Shown: in pieces, positions 36,558 through 50,249 of the stretch | How positions within the stretch are numbered: the stretch's first letter is position 1 | Layout: every line of letters starts with the position of its first letter | NCBI GenBank assembly: GCA_964016885.1 | Contig: OZ024742.1 | Location: 160,580,001 to 160,644,000, forward strand | Reading direction: 5' to 3' | Length of the DNA: 64,000 nt | From: Eledone cirrhosa | Taxonomy: Eukaryota | Position numbers and translations under genes: made by a program | The notes under the pieces: model-generated | Database searches by the model: none | The model's input: only the letters and a program-made list of their open reading frames with translations | What the model was told of the DNA's origin: nothing

Positions 36558-37866
36558 AGTGGTGGATTGACAGTATCGGTAGAGAGTCGGACACGATGCT
36601 TTGAAGCATAGAGTTACGTCCCTTTATGATCTGAGTTCAAATCCCGCCGAGGTTAACTTTGTCTTTCATCCTTACGGGGTCGATAAAATAAAGTACCAGT
36701 AATGTACTGGGTAAATTTGCTGGCCTTGTGCCCAAAATAGAAACAATTATATAGAGTGGTGGATTATAATAAGGCGGTGGATTGGTAGTATCGGTAGAGT
36801 GTCAAACACCATGCTTTGCAGCATAGAGTTATGGCCCTTTATGTTCTGAGTTCAAATTTTACCGAGGTTAACTTTGCCTATCATCCTTACGGGATTGATA
36901 AAATAATGTACCAGTCACACAACTGGGGTCGATTTAATCGACTTTCTCCTCCCCCCAAATTGCTAGCCTTGTGCCTATATAAGAAACCATTATATAGAGA
37001 GTGGTGGATTAAAATAAGCCGATGGATTCGCAGTATCGGTAGAGCGTCTGACACCATGCTTTGCAGCATAGAGTTCTGGCCCTTTAAGTCCTGAGTTCAT
37101 ATACCGAGGTTAACTTTGCCTTTCATCCTTGCAGGGTCGATAAAATAAAGCACCAGTAATGCACTGGGGTAATTGCTGACCTTGTGCCAAAAGTAGAAAC
37201 ACATATAAAGATAGTAGTGGATTAGCAGAATTAGTAGAGCGTCGGATAATAAGTCACTGCAGTATTTTTACATACTGAGTTCAAATCCCGCTAAGCACAA
37301 CTTTGTCTGTCATCTTTCATGAGTCGATAAAATAAAGTACTAGTAAAGTAGTGGGTTGATTTAATCAACTTTACTTTTCCCTAAAATGTATGCCTGAATT
37401 AGAAACCAATGGTATGCATCCCAACACAAAAGTAGTGTACTCAGTGTGGTGCTCTAGCGACTCTACCAATCCACCACCTTTATATGTATTACAAATAATT
37501 GTTTCTACTTTTGGCACAAGACCAGCAATTAACCAGTGCATTACTGGTACTTTATTTTATCGACCCCGTAAGGATGAAAGGCAAAGTTAACCTAGGCGGG
37601 ATTTTAACTCAGAATGGAAAGGGCCGTAACTCTAGCGCGTCAAAGCATGGCGTCCGACCCTCTACAGATATTGCCAATAATGATTTCTAGTATAGGCCAG
37701 TAATTTGGGGGAAGGGGAAAGTCTATTAAATCGACCCAGTATGTTACTGGTCGGACCCCGTAAGGCAAAGTTAACCTCGGTGGGATTTGAACCCAGACGG
37801 TAAAGGGCCGTAAATCTATGCAGCAAAGCATAGTGTCCGACTATCCCCCCGATACTGCCAATCCAC
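36558..37866. mobile_element. Cluster of six tRNA-derived SINEs (four on +, two on -)
   Basis: Repeated GGYGGTGGATTGGCAGTATCGGTAGAG head, GAGTTCAAATCC B-box, GCCTTTCATCCTTACGGGGTCGATAAAATAAAGTACCAG core (resembles the Meta/MESC domain), GTAGAAACAATTAT tail. Confidence 0.85.
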
Positions 37867-37950
37867 AGCCCTATGTATTACAAATAATAAAATGTTATAG
37901 TTTGATGCGATATTCAATTCAAACAGGCCTACACATACATTGGCACATAT

Positions 37951-38019
<69 letters not shown>

Positions 38020-38332
38020 GGTATCTGTGTGTGTGTGTGTGTGTGTGTGTTTGTTTGTTGATATGAACATTCCATCACAACCACTGTAATTCCTACCATC
38101 AATAGCACCACCACCACCACCACCACCAATACAACCGCCATCAGCAACGACATCAGCACCACTACCTCCATCATTGTTACTATTAAAACACATGGCTGTT
38201 TATGTCTCAGTTGGTTAATAAATATTTAATTTATATTTTACAAATGGGGATCACATTAGTATATATTGGTGAAGAAATAGTCTCGAAAACTGTTGTAATG
38301 TGTATATATGCCTGTCTGTGTATGTGTGTGTG

Positions 38333-38388
<56 letters not shown>

Positions 38389-38403
38389 TACATATATATA
38401 TAA

Positions 38404-38514
<111 letters not shown>

Positions 38515-38603
38515 TCATATGTATATATATACATACACACGTATATATATATATATATATATATAAATATACGTATTTATATATAAAAATATACGTAAGT
38601 AAG

Positions 38604-38672
<69 letters not shown>

Positions 38673-38680
38673 GTATATGT

Positions 38681-38723
<43 letters not shown>

Positions 38724-39071
38724 CACATTCACATGAACATTTTTATATGTGTGTATGTGTGTTTATATATGTTTACGTGGTAGTGTATGCCTGTAGTGAG
38801 GGGGGGGGGGGGGCAATAGTTGTTTAGGCTGTCCACACATGGCCCACATGTCGAGTGTCACAATAAACAGACCATTGTCAGTTGAATGTCTGCCGCTCGC
38901 GTTAGTTGATGGTGAAATATATAAATGTCAACTAAGGAAGAGAAGGTTTAGGGTTAGGGCTTACTTGTTTTCGCTCCTTTAATCCTCATATACATAAACT
39001 GGTTTTTCTACGTGTGAGTGTGAGTGCGTGCGCAGATGTAAGTTGTGTGTATATGTATATATATATAAATA

Positions 39072-39122
<51 letters not shown>

Positions 39123-39479
39123 TGAGAGAGGGAGAAATAAGGAGAAAAAGAGAGAGATTACGATAAATAGATAGACAGGTAGATATACAGAGTGATATAT
39201 ACGTATGTATAGATTTATATATATGTGTATCTTTTTATCTCTCTCTCTCTCTATATATATATATATAATATACGCACACACATGTGTGTATGTATATACA
39301 CAAATGTGTGTGCTTGTGTGTATTAATGTGCGTGTGGCAGCAGATTTATTTGTGGCTTTGGGGCACAATGTTAACATACATTTACGTGTATATATATATA
39401 TATATAGATATATATATATATAGATATATATATATAGATATATATATATAGATATATATAGATATATATATATAGATAT

Positions 39480-40137
39480 AAATGGAATAGAATTTCATTT
39501 CTCACTCTTAGTACGGCAGTTACTTAAATATAAGTATGTATACGTACATACATATACGTACAGTAGTATGTATATATATACATACATGCACACATATATA
39601 TATGCACGTATCGGTTTACCGAACATTTATTATATATACATACTACTGTACGTCTGTATACATATATGTATGTACGTATACCTACATACATACTTACATT
39701 TAAGTAACTGCCGCACTAAGAGTGAGAAATGAAACTTCGTTTCATTCTATTCTATTTATCGTTTTCGGTGTGCTCGGCCGACTAGACTCACTCGATATGC
39801 AAATTAGGCTGCTCAGCCGTTAATATGAATAATAATGAAAGTATATACTTTCAGACGTTCAACCATCTGGCAGGAAGGTATACGATGCTGACGATAGTTA
39901 ATAAGATTGAAACTTGTACATCGTTCCTGTGTCAGTGTTGAACGAAAAGGTGACCAGGTTGCCTAAACACTGTACGGCGTAATTCGGGCTGTTTGTTTGT
40001 TTACAAACAAACCGAGCATTTAAATAAATGTTCGGTAAACCGATACGTGCATATATATATATGTGTGCATGTATGTATATATATACTACTGTACGTCTGT
40101 ATACATATATGTATGTACGTATACATACATACATACT

Positions 40138-40140
<3 letters not shown>
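39480..40140 (+). mobile_element. Non-coding HHR family A: inverted 5' piece plus slightly more than one monomer
   Basis: TACTACTGTACGTCTG recurs at 39641 and 40084; HHR at 39882-39924. Confidence 0.85.
39882..39924 (+). ncRNA. Type I minimal hammerhead ribozyme (family A)
   Basis: ACGATG-CTGACGA-TAGTTaataAGATT-GAAA-CTTG-TA-CATCGT. Confidence 0.8.
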
Positions 40141-40225
<85 letters not shown>

Positions 40226-40286
40226 AATAACTAAACATGCGGCCATTTACAAGCACACCTGCGGCCCGCACAAAGGTTTTTATAGC

Positions 40287-40335
40287 GTTTCAGAAGATCC
40301 CATTAAGGGTGAAAGCAGCGATTCTTTGCTTAAAC
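40287..40335 (+). ncRNA. Hammerhead ribozyme, U4A core (family B)
   Basis: GTTT-CAGAAGA-TCCC attaa GGGT-GAAA-GCAG cgattct TTGC-TT-AAAC. Confidence 0.7.
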
Positions 40336-40384
40336 TTTAAACTGTTATTTTAATAAATATATATTTACATATATATATATATAT

Positions 40385-40425
<41 letters not shown>

Positions 40426-40759
40426 TATACATATATATACATACATATATATAGGTATATATATCGTATATATCCCAAACATTGACAATTACATAAAAAA
40501 TCGCTTGAATGAAATGTGACTCTAACAGCAGTGAAATATTTCGGTATTTGGACAGAAGCCTGGCATCAACTCCAGTTGTGTATTGTTGAAAATAAATACT
40601 CGCTATATTTATAAATAAAGCAACGAATACTGTAGGGGGTGGAAGTTTAAAATATTTCATGACATTGATTCCCGCATTGAACGACTGAGAGGCAAAATAA
40701 CTTGGTATGTTGTAGTTGTTGCTGTTGTCACTGTCGGTTGTCGAAGATGTCGTTTTTCA

Positions 40760-41640
40760 ACTCCAGGTCATTTCTGTTCTAGATACCCTGTGATCTAAGA
40801 CCTTCCAGCAATGGTTATATTATACATTTGCCGCCGCCGTCGTTGTACTGTTTAACCACAGGCCAGTCTTGATCGAGCAGACCTATAATCTAAGGTGTTC
40901 CAGCAATTATTATCTATATTGTTGTTGTTCTCATGGTTGTTTAGCCCATATAAATCCCGATCGCGAAATCAGATAATCTAAGGCGTTCCAATACATGTGT
41001 TGTTATTGTTGTTGTTATCGTTATTGTCGTCGTCGTCGTTGTTGATGTTTAACCCCAGGTCAATCCTGATGGAAAAGACCTATGCTCAAAGGCATGTTAA
41101 TATTGTTGTTGTTCTTCTTGTTATTGTTTAGCCCCATATCTATCCCCATCAAACATACATGCGGTCCTTAGGCCGCATGTTTGATATGCCTGACTTAAAG
41201 TGTTTCAGCAAGGATCAATAATCATTCTATAGCGTTGTTGTTGTTATTGTTGTTCTTGCTGTTGTTTAATCCCAGGTCAATACTGATCTAGAAGACCAAT
41301 ATATCTGTTGTAGTTATTTAATCCCAGATCAATCCTGATCCGGCAGATCTATATCTTTGTTGTTGCTGTTGTTGATCCTAGGTCAATACTGATCTAGCTG
41401 ACATATTTCTGTTGTTGTTGCTGTTGTTGTTGTTATTGTTGTTATTGTCAATCCTGATCCAGTAGACCAATATATCTGTTGTTGTGGTACTTGTTTAGTC
41501 CCAGGTCAATCCTGATCTAGCAGACCTATATATCTGTTGTTTTGGTTAATCCTGATCTAGCAGACCTATATATCTGTTGTTGTTGTTGATTAGTACCAGT
41601 TCTATCGTTATTGAGCAGACGTAACCTAAGACGTCTATAA
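40760..41640 (+). repeat. Degenerate tandem array of (GTT)n-CCCAGGTCAATCCTGATCTAGCAGACCTAT units
   Basis: About a dozen variable-length units visible. Confidence 0.8.
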
Positions 41641-41767
41641 CTCTGATCATCCTATATTTTGTGTATATCAAGAAGTACATTTTTTGTCATGTCCTTCATA
41701 TTTTCAGATAGCAAGGTAAAATTTGAGGAAGATTTGTCTGATATTTTCACCAAGTGGAGCAATTGTG

Positions 41768-41838
<71 letters not shown>

Positions 41839-41844
<6 letters not shown>

Positions 41845-42008
41845 TAAAAAAACGAAAAATCAGTGATGCATCTGGACTCAATTTATTGCGTCCAGATGCA
41901 TCACTGATTTTTCGTTTTTTTATACTATCCACACTCTACTCTGTTGAATATTGAGTGCTAATTTTGGCATACCGCCCATGGAAGCACCATAGCAACCATT
42001 ATACACAA

Positions 42009-42010
<2 letters not shown>
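41839..42010. repeat. Small fold-back (41839-41928) with a one-sided tail, in (TA)n
   Basis: AGTATAAAAAAACGAAAAATCAGTGATGCATCTGGAC and its reverse complement. Confidence 0.8.
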
Positions 42011-43183
<1,173 letters not shown>

Positions 43184-43321
43184 TATACATAAAGTGTTTC
43201 CGTAGGAAAGGTAAATGAAAGGAGAGTGCTCTGTGTAGGCTACAGAGCTATTTAGTTATGTAATAATCAACATAAGACTATTATTCTATTTACCAAAGGT
43301 TTCAGGAAGACATATAAAATG

Positions 43322-43388
43322 CATTCTGATGAACGATTTGAAACGTCTGTGTCGAGCTCGTCTGTCTTCGTGAAACCTTTGGTAAATG
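43322..43388 (+). ncRNA. Type I hammerhead ribozyme inside a small fold-back (43254-43421)
   Basis: CATT-CTGATGA-ACGA...TCGT-GAAA-CC ttt GG-TA-AATG. Confidence 0.78.
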
Positions 43389-43427
43389 GAATAATTGTCA
43401 TTTGTTGTTTATTACATAACTATATAT

Positions 43428-43800
43428 ATCTCTATATATAAAACTGTAGTTGTCTGTCTGTGTGTGTGTGTGTGTGTGTGTGTCTCCTCATTTTTGCAAA
43501 GTCTATACAAATGAAACTTGCATTTATATATTCCTTGCGTCTAAAGATATTAACTGCAGCTTTTATTTTTCAATTTTCTATTGTAAAGGTGTGTTAGAGG
43601 CCGGTTATCGATCTCCGTCGAGCCCTTATAATATCTGTCTGCATGCCTGACTGTCTGCATTACGACATTCTGACGAACACGTCATTGCTGACGTATTACC
43701 TTCGCCTCATTCACACACGCACATACATACATATATACTTATATATACATATATACATATACACACATATATACATATATATATACACATACTAACACAT

Positions 43801-43851
<51 letters not shown>

Positions 43852-43966
43852 GACAAACATAGAATATTCGAAAATATTCTGTATGTTTATAATAAACATT
43901 TCGAAGACCCAATCGCTATAGAATAGAATACGTCACGTATATATCGCTATTTCAGAGGATTATATC

Positions 43967-44039
<73 letters not shown>

Positions 44040-45412
44040 TAAAATAACAGATTAAAGTTTAAGCAAAGAATCGCTGCTTTCACCCTTAACGGGATCTTCT
44101 GAAACTAACAAAGTCAATCTGTAAACGCAGAACTGGATATTTCAAAAAACCCTGCAGCCGGAGGAAGACAGGAAGACGATACTTTGGTTCGTGGTACCGT
44201 TCGCTGGCAAAGAACGGGAAAAAATGAATAATACGTCATTAATAGGAGCGGTGAAAAACAATTACGTGCAAAGACAAAACCACGTTTATGGTATAAAAGA
44301 GGTCGTAGACTAATGTTCTCTTAGGTGGTGCATAGAGACGTTCTCTGGAAATGAACGAAAAAACGAAGATATGTATACCTTCTCGTATTTGACTGTTATG
44401 GCGTATCATTTTTACATATTCTGGTATTTAGGGTTTGGCTATGTGTATACGGGAGTTTTGCGTCCGAGTGAGTATGCAGGTTCGTACGTATGGTGGGTGG
44501 GTGTATATGTGTACTTCTTGTTTTAGTTGACTTACGTCTCCGAACATTCGTGTATTTATATGTAGGTATGTGTGTGCGCTTGTTATATACGTATTTATTT
44601 ACTTATATACGTTTATATAATTATTTATTTATTTGTACACAAGCATACACACACACACACACATATTTATATGTGCGTGGTTTTGTATACCTATGGTAAG
44701 GTTTTGCGTATGCTTGTGTATGTACGTATCTGTTTGCGTGTATGTATTTATTTGTTTCTATTACTTCTGTATCGTATTTATTTACTTTGTTCTTAACTCT
44801 GTAGCGGAGATTCATTTGGTCTCCTAGTTAGAATTTTAGTCTACGACTTCTGCTATACCATTTACGTGATTTTGTCTTTGCGTGCTTTTGTTCTCCACGC
44901 TCCACATATGACTTATTATCTTCGTTTTTTCGTTCATTGCCAGAGAACGTCTCTATGCACCACCTAAGAGAACATTAGTCTACGACCTCTTTTATACCAT
45001 AAACGTGGTTTTGTCTTTGCACGTAATTGTTTTTCACCGCTCCTATTAATGACGTATTATTCATTTTTTCCCGTTCTTTGCCAGCGAACGTCACCACGAA
45101 CCAAAGTATCGTCTTCCTGTCTTCCTCCGGCTGCAACGTTTTTTTAAATATCCAGTTCTGCGTTTACAGATTGACTTTGTTAGTTTCAGAAGATCCCGTT
45201 AAGGGTGAAAGCAGCGATTCTTTGCTTAAACTTTAATCTGTTATTTTAATAAATATTTGCTCTACGGTTCTTATATATTTCATATATATTTTCCTTATCG
45301 AGCCCTCTTTGGATTTTAGTCTTCAATTTTATTATTATTACTATATATATAAAGTACCAGTAATGCACTGGGTAATTGCTGGCCTTGTGCCTAAAGTAGA
45401 AACAAGTATTAT

Positions 45413-45480
<68 letters not shown>

Positions 45481-45566
45481 AAATATACACATAAAAATAT
45501 ATGTATATATACACACACACACTCACATATATATATTATATATATATATATATATAATTATATATA

Positions 45567-45598
<32 letters not shown>

Positions 45599-46358
45599 GC
45601 ATACATACAGCATATATATATATATTATCTGTGTCTATATATATATATATATACACACACAAATACATTGTAGGTCGCTTTAACCCTTCTTTTATTATTC
45701 AAAAAACTTCTTGCCAATAAACATTAACCCTTTGTGCGCCATTCATCTAACTGTAGACCAACAAATACCAAGTAAACGGAGCGTTAACAAGAACGATGGC
45801 GAATGAATCTTCGAGGTAAGCAATTTCGTCGCGATCTGTTAGTTCACGCGGGATTCTCTGCTACACCTTTTCGTAATAATACCGAACAACGTACTGCTGC
45901 TACCGCCAAAAGCCGTACAAAGCGGACATGTGCATCGGGTAGATGGATCGGGTGCAAATCTACACCAGGCCTGCGCGAGAAATTCGCAAGGGACTGCACC
46001 GAGAGGGATAGAGAGAAAGAGTAACTTAGTGGAAAGAGTGCGAATGAACTTTTGAGGTAAGTAGCCTACGCCTTACTGCTATGACACTGGAACCTTCTTC
46101 CAACTTAACCTGTGACGTTCTCTTTCACATTTACTCCAGAAGGCCAAAACAGAGGAGTATGAAAAGAAGGGTCTCAACAATATTTCTATGAACAATGCAC
46201 GTAGACAGTTAAACTGTACTTTCAACTTCTTAATTTTCTCCAAATAAAACAAGTTTCCTGTCGGTATAATTTCGTAAGAGGCACTCACAAATAAACGTTT
46301 CTCATTGGAGGTGCTATTACCAATGTTCTTACTCGTTTAACGCCGGGATACACTGCTA

Positions 46359-46360
<2 letters not shown>
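43428..46360 (+). mobile_element. Probable non-autonomous Helitron expanded by nested insertions
   Basis: 5' TCTCTATATATAAAACTGTAGTTGTCTGTCTG; 3' AACGCCGGGATACACTG-CTAG-T; internal block shared with 14758-14782; pairing of the two ends is inferred. Confidence 0.45.
44035..45343 (+). mobile_element. Non-coding HHR family B: ~335-bp inverted arms, HHRs at 44056-44106 (-) and 45182-45232 (+), tail to 45343
   Basis: 44035-44371 is the reverse complement of 44917-45252; other pieces at 5986, 14485-14664, 34110-34318 and 40287. Confidence 0.82.
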
Positions 46361-46401
<41 letters not shown>

Positions 46402-46407
<6 letters not shown>

Positions 46408-46901
46408 ATTAAATAAATGGAAAACTATATTTATAAAACCATATTCATTTCATTATATATATTTCGGGGATATCATATTAACAATATGCTATGCCTTCAT
46501 CAGACAAAATACAATATAAACAGTTTTATAGATAAATATATTCGACATACCGTAATAAACATCAACTTCATTTGAAGAGGTTTACGCTAGCAGTGAAAAT
46601 ACAGAGAGAAAGAAAGTATTTTCACTGCTAGCGTAAACCTCTTCAAATGAAGTTGATGTTTATTACGGTATGTCGAATATATTTATCTATAAAACTGTTT
46701 ATATTGTATTTTGTCTGATGAAGGCATAGCATATTGTTAATATGATATCCCCGAAATATATATAATGAAATGAATATGGTTTTATAAATATAGTTTTCCA
46801 TTTATTTAATATTGTAAATATACTCCAAATATTTGTCGAGTGCTTTTATATCAGTTATAAATATTTACTAGTTGTAACCCAACAATTTTAAATATAACTT
46901 T

Positions 46902-46946
<45 letters not shown>

Positions 46947-47160
46947 AAAGTTCTATTTAAAATTGTTGGGATACAACAAGTAAATATTTTTATAACTGAT
47001 ATAAAGCACTCGACAAGTATTTGGAGTAGATATACGATATTAATAAATGGAAACTATATTTATAAAACCATATTTATTTCATTATACATATTTCAGGGAT
47101 ACCAAATTAAATTATGGTATGCCTTCATCAGACAAAATACAATATATAACAGTTTTACAA
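46402..47160. mobile_element. Fold-back (46402-46815) plus tail plus a diverged inverted copy (46945-47160); three HHRs
   Basis: HHR 46707-46772 (+) TATTTTGT-CTGATGA-AGG..CCC-GAAA-TATATA-TA-ATGAAATG; mirrors at 46446-46511 and 47075-47139. Confidence 0.85.
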
Positions 47161-47527
47161 ATAAGCTTTGGCGTACCCTTTTAAAATGCAACCATTATTT
47201 TTGGAAGCCATCTGGATAGTGAATTGTTTATATTAGTTTAATAAGTCTTAGTGTTAAGGACAATTAGAAAAAGACGGAGAGAAAGAAAAAAAATATATAT
47301 ATGAATATGACCACAGCCAGTAAACAAGGACCCAAACCCCACCCTCCCGCACCAAAATTAGACTTATCGTCCCGTGCTTTTGCTCTTTACTCTTTGTTCT
47401 TGAATGTTTGGTTGGTAGAGTCCATAACACCAATGAAACCCCTCTGAAGAATCCTACGGTTACGTAAGGAAGAAACATTGTAAGCCAATAAAAATCTTTT
47501 GATGTTGTAGACGCTCTTGTGTTCTTT

Positions 47528-47605
<78 letters not shown>

Positions 47606-47861
47606 AAAGTAAAAAGCAACAACAACAACACAGGAGTAAACGAAGAAGATTCGTTTGCATGAATGTTTGTTGTTGTTGTTTAGTCCCAGGGCGTCCTAGA
47701 TCCAATCCTCTACGAAACGCGCGTAACAGGTCAATACATAATAAAAAAAAAATAGCTACATGTAGACGAAACTTCATCGTTTTTCTTAATACATACACTC
47801 TGCCTGTACACCGATTGCTTATTTTGATACCACGACCAGTAATTCACTGAATCACAAACTA

Positions 47862-47918
<57 letters not shown>

Positions 47919-47953
47919 TTGTGTGTATCTATATATATCTAATTGTATATATG

Positions 47954-47986
<33 letters not shown>

Positions 47987-48217
47987 ATCCAATTGAGTTC
48001 TTAAACACGTGGTTAAAATACCTAACAGGCTTCAATGACCAGCGTGTATATTATATTATATTTTACGATGACCTCCCCTTTCCCTTTTGGGGACAGTGTA
48101 AATTTTCTTTTTGAAGGACTACTAGCTTTTCAAATTTAGCTGTCCTTCTAGCACTGACGGAGACCATCACTAATTATTAGTATCGATGTAATTTTTTATA
48201 TCGATATTGCATGAGCA

Positions 48218-48328
48218 TCTACTGATGAGTTATAAGGGCCCGCTTGTGTGTATTTCTGTGGATTATATACAAGTTTCTACACATTTATCCCAACTTGTAG
48301 AAATCTTATAACGAAACGATCGTATGGA
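48218..48328 (+). ncRNA. Type I hammerhead ribozyme with a ~70-nt loop 2 insertion
   Basis: TCTA-CTGATGA-GTTATAAG...CTTATAAC-GAAA-CGATCG-TA-TGGA. Confidence 0.8.
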
Positions 48329-49010
48329 AGGAAAGAGAGATTTATTTAATTATGTCTCATATAAAATAATACAACCAACTTTCCACGGAATACTAAATAG
48401 TTAGCACCCCAAACACTAAATTGGGATTATACTTAGGTACATCCTAATGTTTGTTGAGTGAGATGGAGTTGGTCAGAGTATCGCTTAAAGCTTTCTCTGT
48501 TAATGTATTAAATATATATATATATATATTCCTTTGTTAACACTTTGAATCTACCCGCCAAAAACCGGGGGTTGCTTCCCTCGTTGGAAATAACACATGG
48601 CAACTGAATGTACGGTGGCTAGATTATAGCAGCAACATTTAGCCTGTCCACTCCGTTTTTTGGCAGAACGGAATCCCTGTTGATGAAATGATCCTCTGTT
48701 CGATCATGGAATACCACGAGTGTGCCTGTTACGTAAGTTGGATATTTGATTTCGGATTCATAGAAACACTTTAAACGTTTATCGTTTAATTTGTCCAGGT
48801 GTATCTGTTTTAACCTGTTAGTTTTTTCGTTACTTTGGTATTGTGTGTTCGGTTTTGCCTAACACAATGTTCAATTTGTCAAGCTATTTAAACGTATGTT
48901 ATTACTCTAAGGACCTACCCTTATTGAGTGCATTGCTAACTCATTCATATTGTAGGTCGACTTTGCTTGCTTACCCACGGCCAGCGCTTCGATTTGACTA
49001 AACTTCGACT

Positions 49011-49101
<91 letters not shown>

Positions 49102-49364
49102 GTATATATATATATTTATATATATATACACACACATACATATATACTGGCCACACATTTTCATTCATATATATATATATATATGAATGAAAATAGACCG
49201 AGAAACGGGACTGTCCATCATCAGTGATCTGTTGACTATCATTGGTGTTTCTTCGTATTAAAGACCAAAAATGAAATAAGTGTGGCCAGTATATATGTAT
49301 GTGTGTGTATATACATATAAATATATATATACATGTGTGTATATATATATATATATATACACAC

Positions 49365-49403
<39 letters not shown>

Positions 49404-49486
49404 CATGTATATATATATTTATATATATATACACACACACACATATATATATATATTCACATGTATATATATATTTATATATATAT

Positions 49487-49524
<38 letters not shown>

Positions 49525-49854
49525 TCACATGTATATATATATTTATATATATATACACACACACACTTGTATATACATATCTGCAGCTGTTTAGAACTAA
49601 AGGTATTCCTTGTATGTCGTCCAGTCCTGAGGTTTGCCTTGCTCATTAATTTAACTGGGAGAAATCAAATCCACACAACCAAAATAATAGAAGACATTCC
49701 AAACGAGTCAATTGTTGCTTCATCGTTTGATTTGAATAACTATGATGACAGGAGGCCAACACAGCAGGCTGGCATTCCCCATGTTAAGTACAGAGCATAT
49801 TGAGAAATGAGGGGATTCATTACTACCTCGATATTACCACCACTGCTTAGACGA

Positions 49855-50035
49855 TAATCATCATCGTCGTCGTCAACATCGTCATCATCGTCATCATCAT
49901 TTTCACCATGATCATTACCATCATTATCATCATCGTCGTAATCATCATCATCATCATCATCATCATCATTATCATCATTACCATCGTCATCGTCATCGGC
50001 GTCTTCGTCGTTGTCGACGTCTTCATCATTATTAC
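49855..50035. repeat. Degenerate (ATC/GTC)n trinucleotide tract
   Basis: Read directly; explains the poly-D/M/I ORFs. Confidence 0.9.
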
Positions 50036-50249
50036 AATAATAAAGAGAGAAATTGAAGAACAACAATTCCATCTACACGATCAAGAATTCTGTGTGTATG
50101 TGTGTGTGTATGTGTGTATCTGTATATGGGTATATGTGCGTGTGTATGTGTGTATGTTGAACCTCCTGCGATTTCAATAAGTTTTCCAATTGCCTGAACA
50201 ACGGAACAGCCTGCTCGTGAAATTAGAGTGCAGGTGGCTGATAGACTTT

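Noticed and set aside
38948-38959. (TTAGGG)2 telomere-like repeat
   Set aside because: Two units only; expected by chance
40760-41640. CRISPR-like repeat-spacer pattern
   Set aside because: The spacers are (GTT)n variants, the repeats are degenerate, the context is eukaryotic and there are no cas genes
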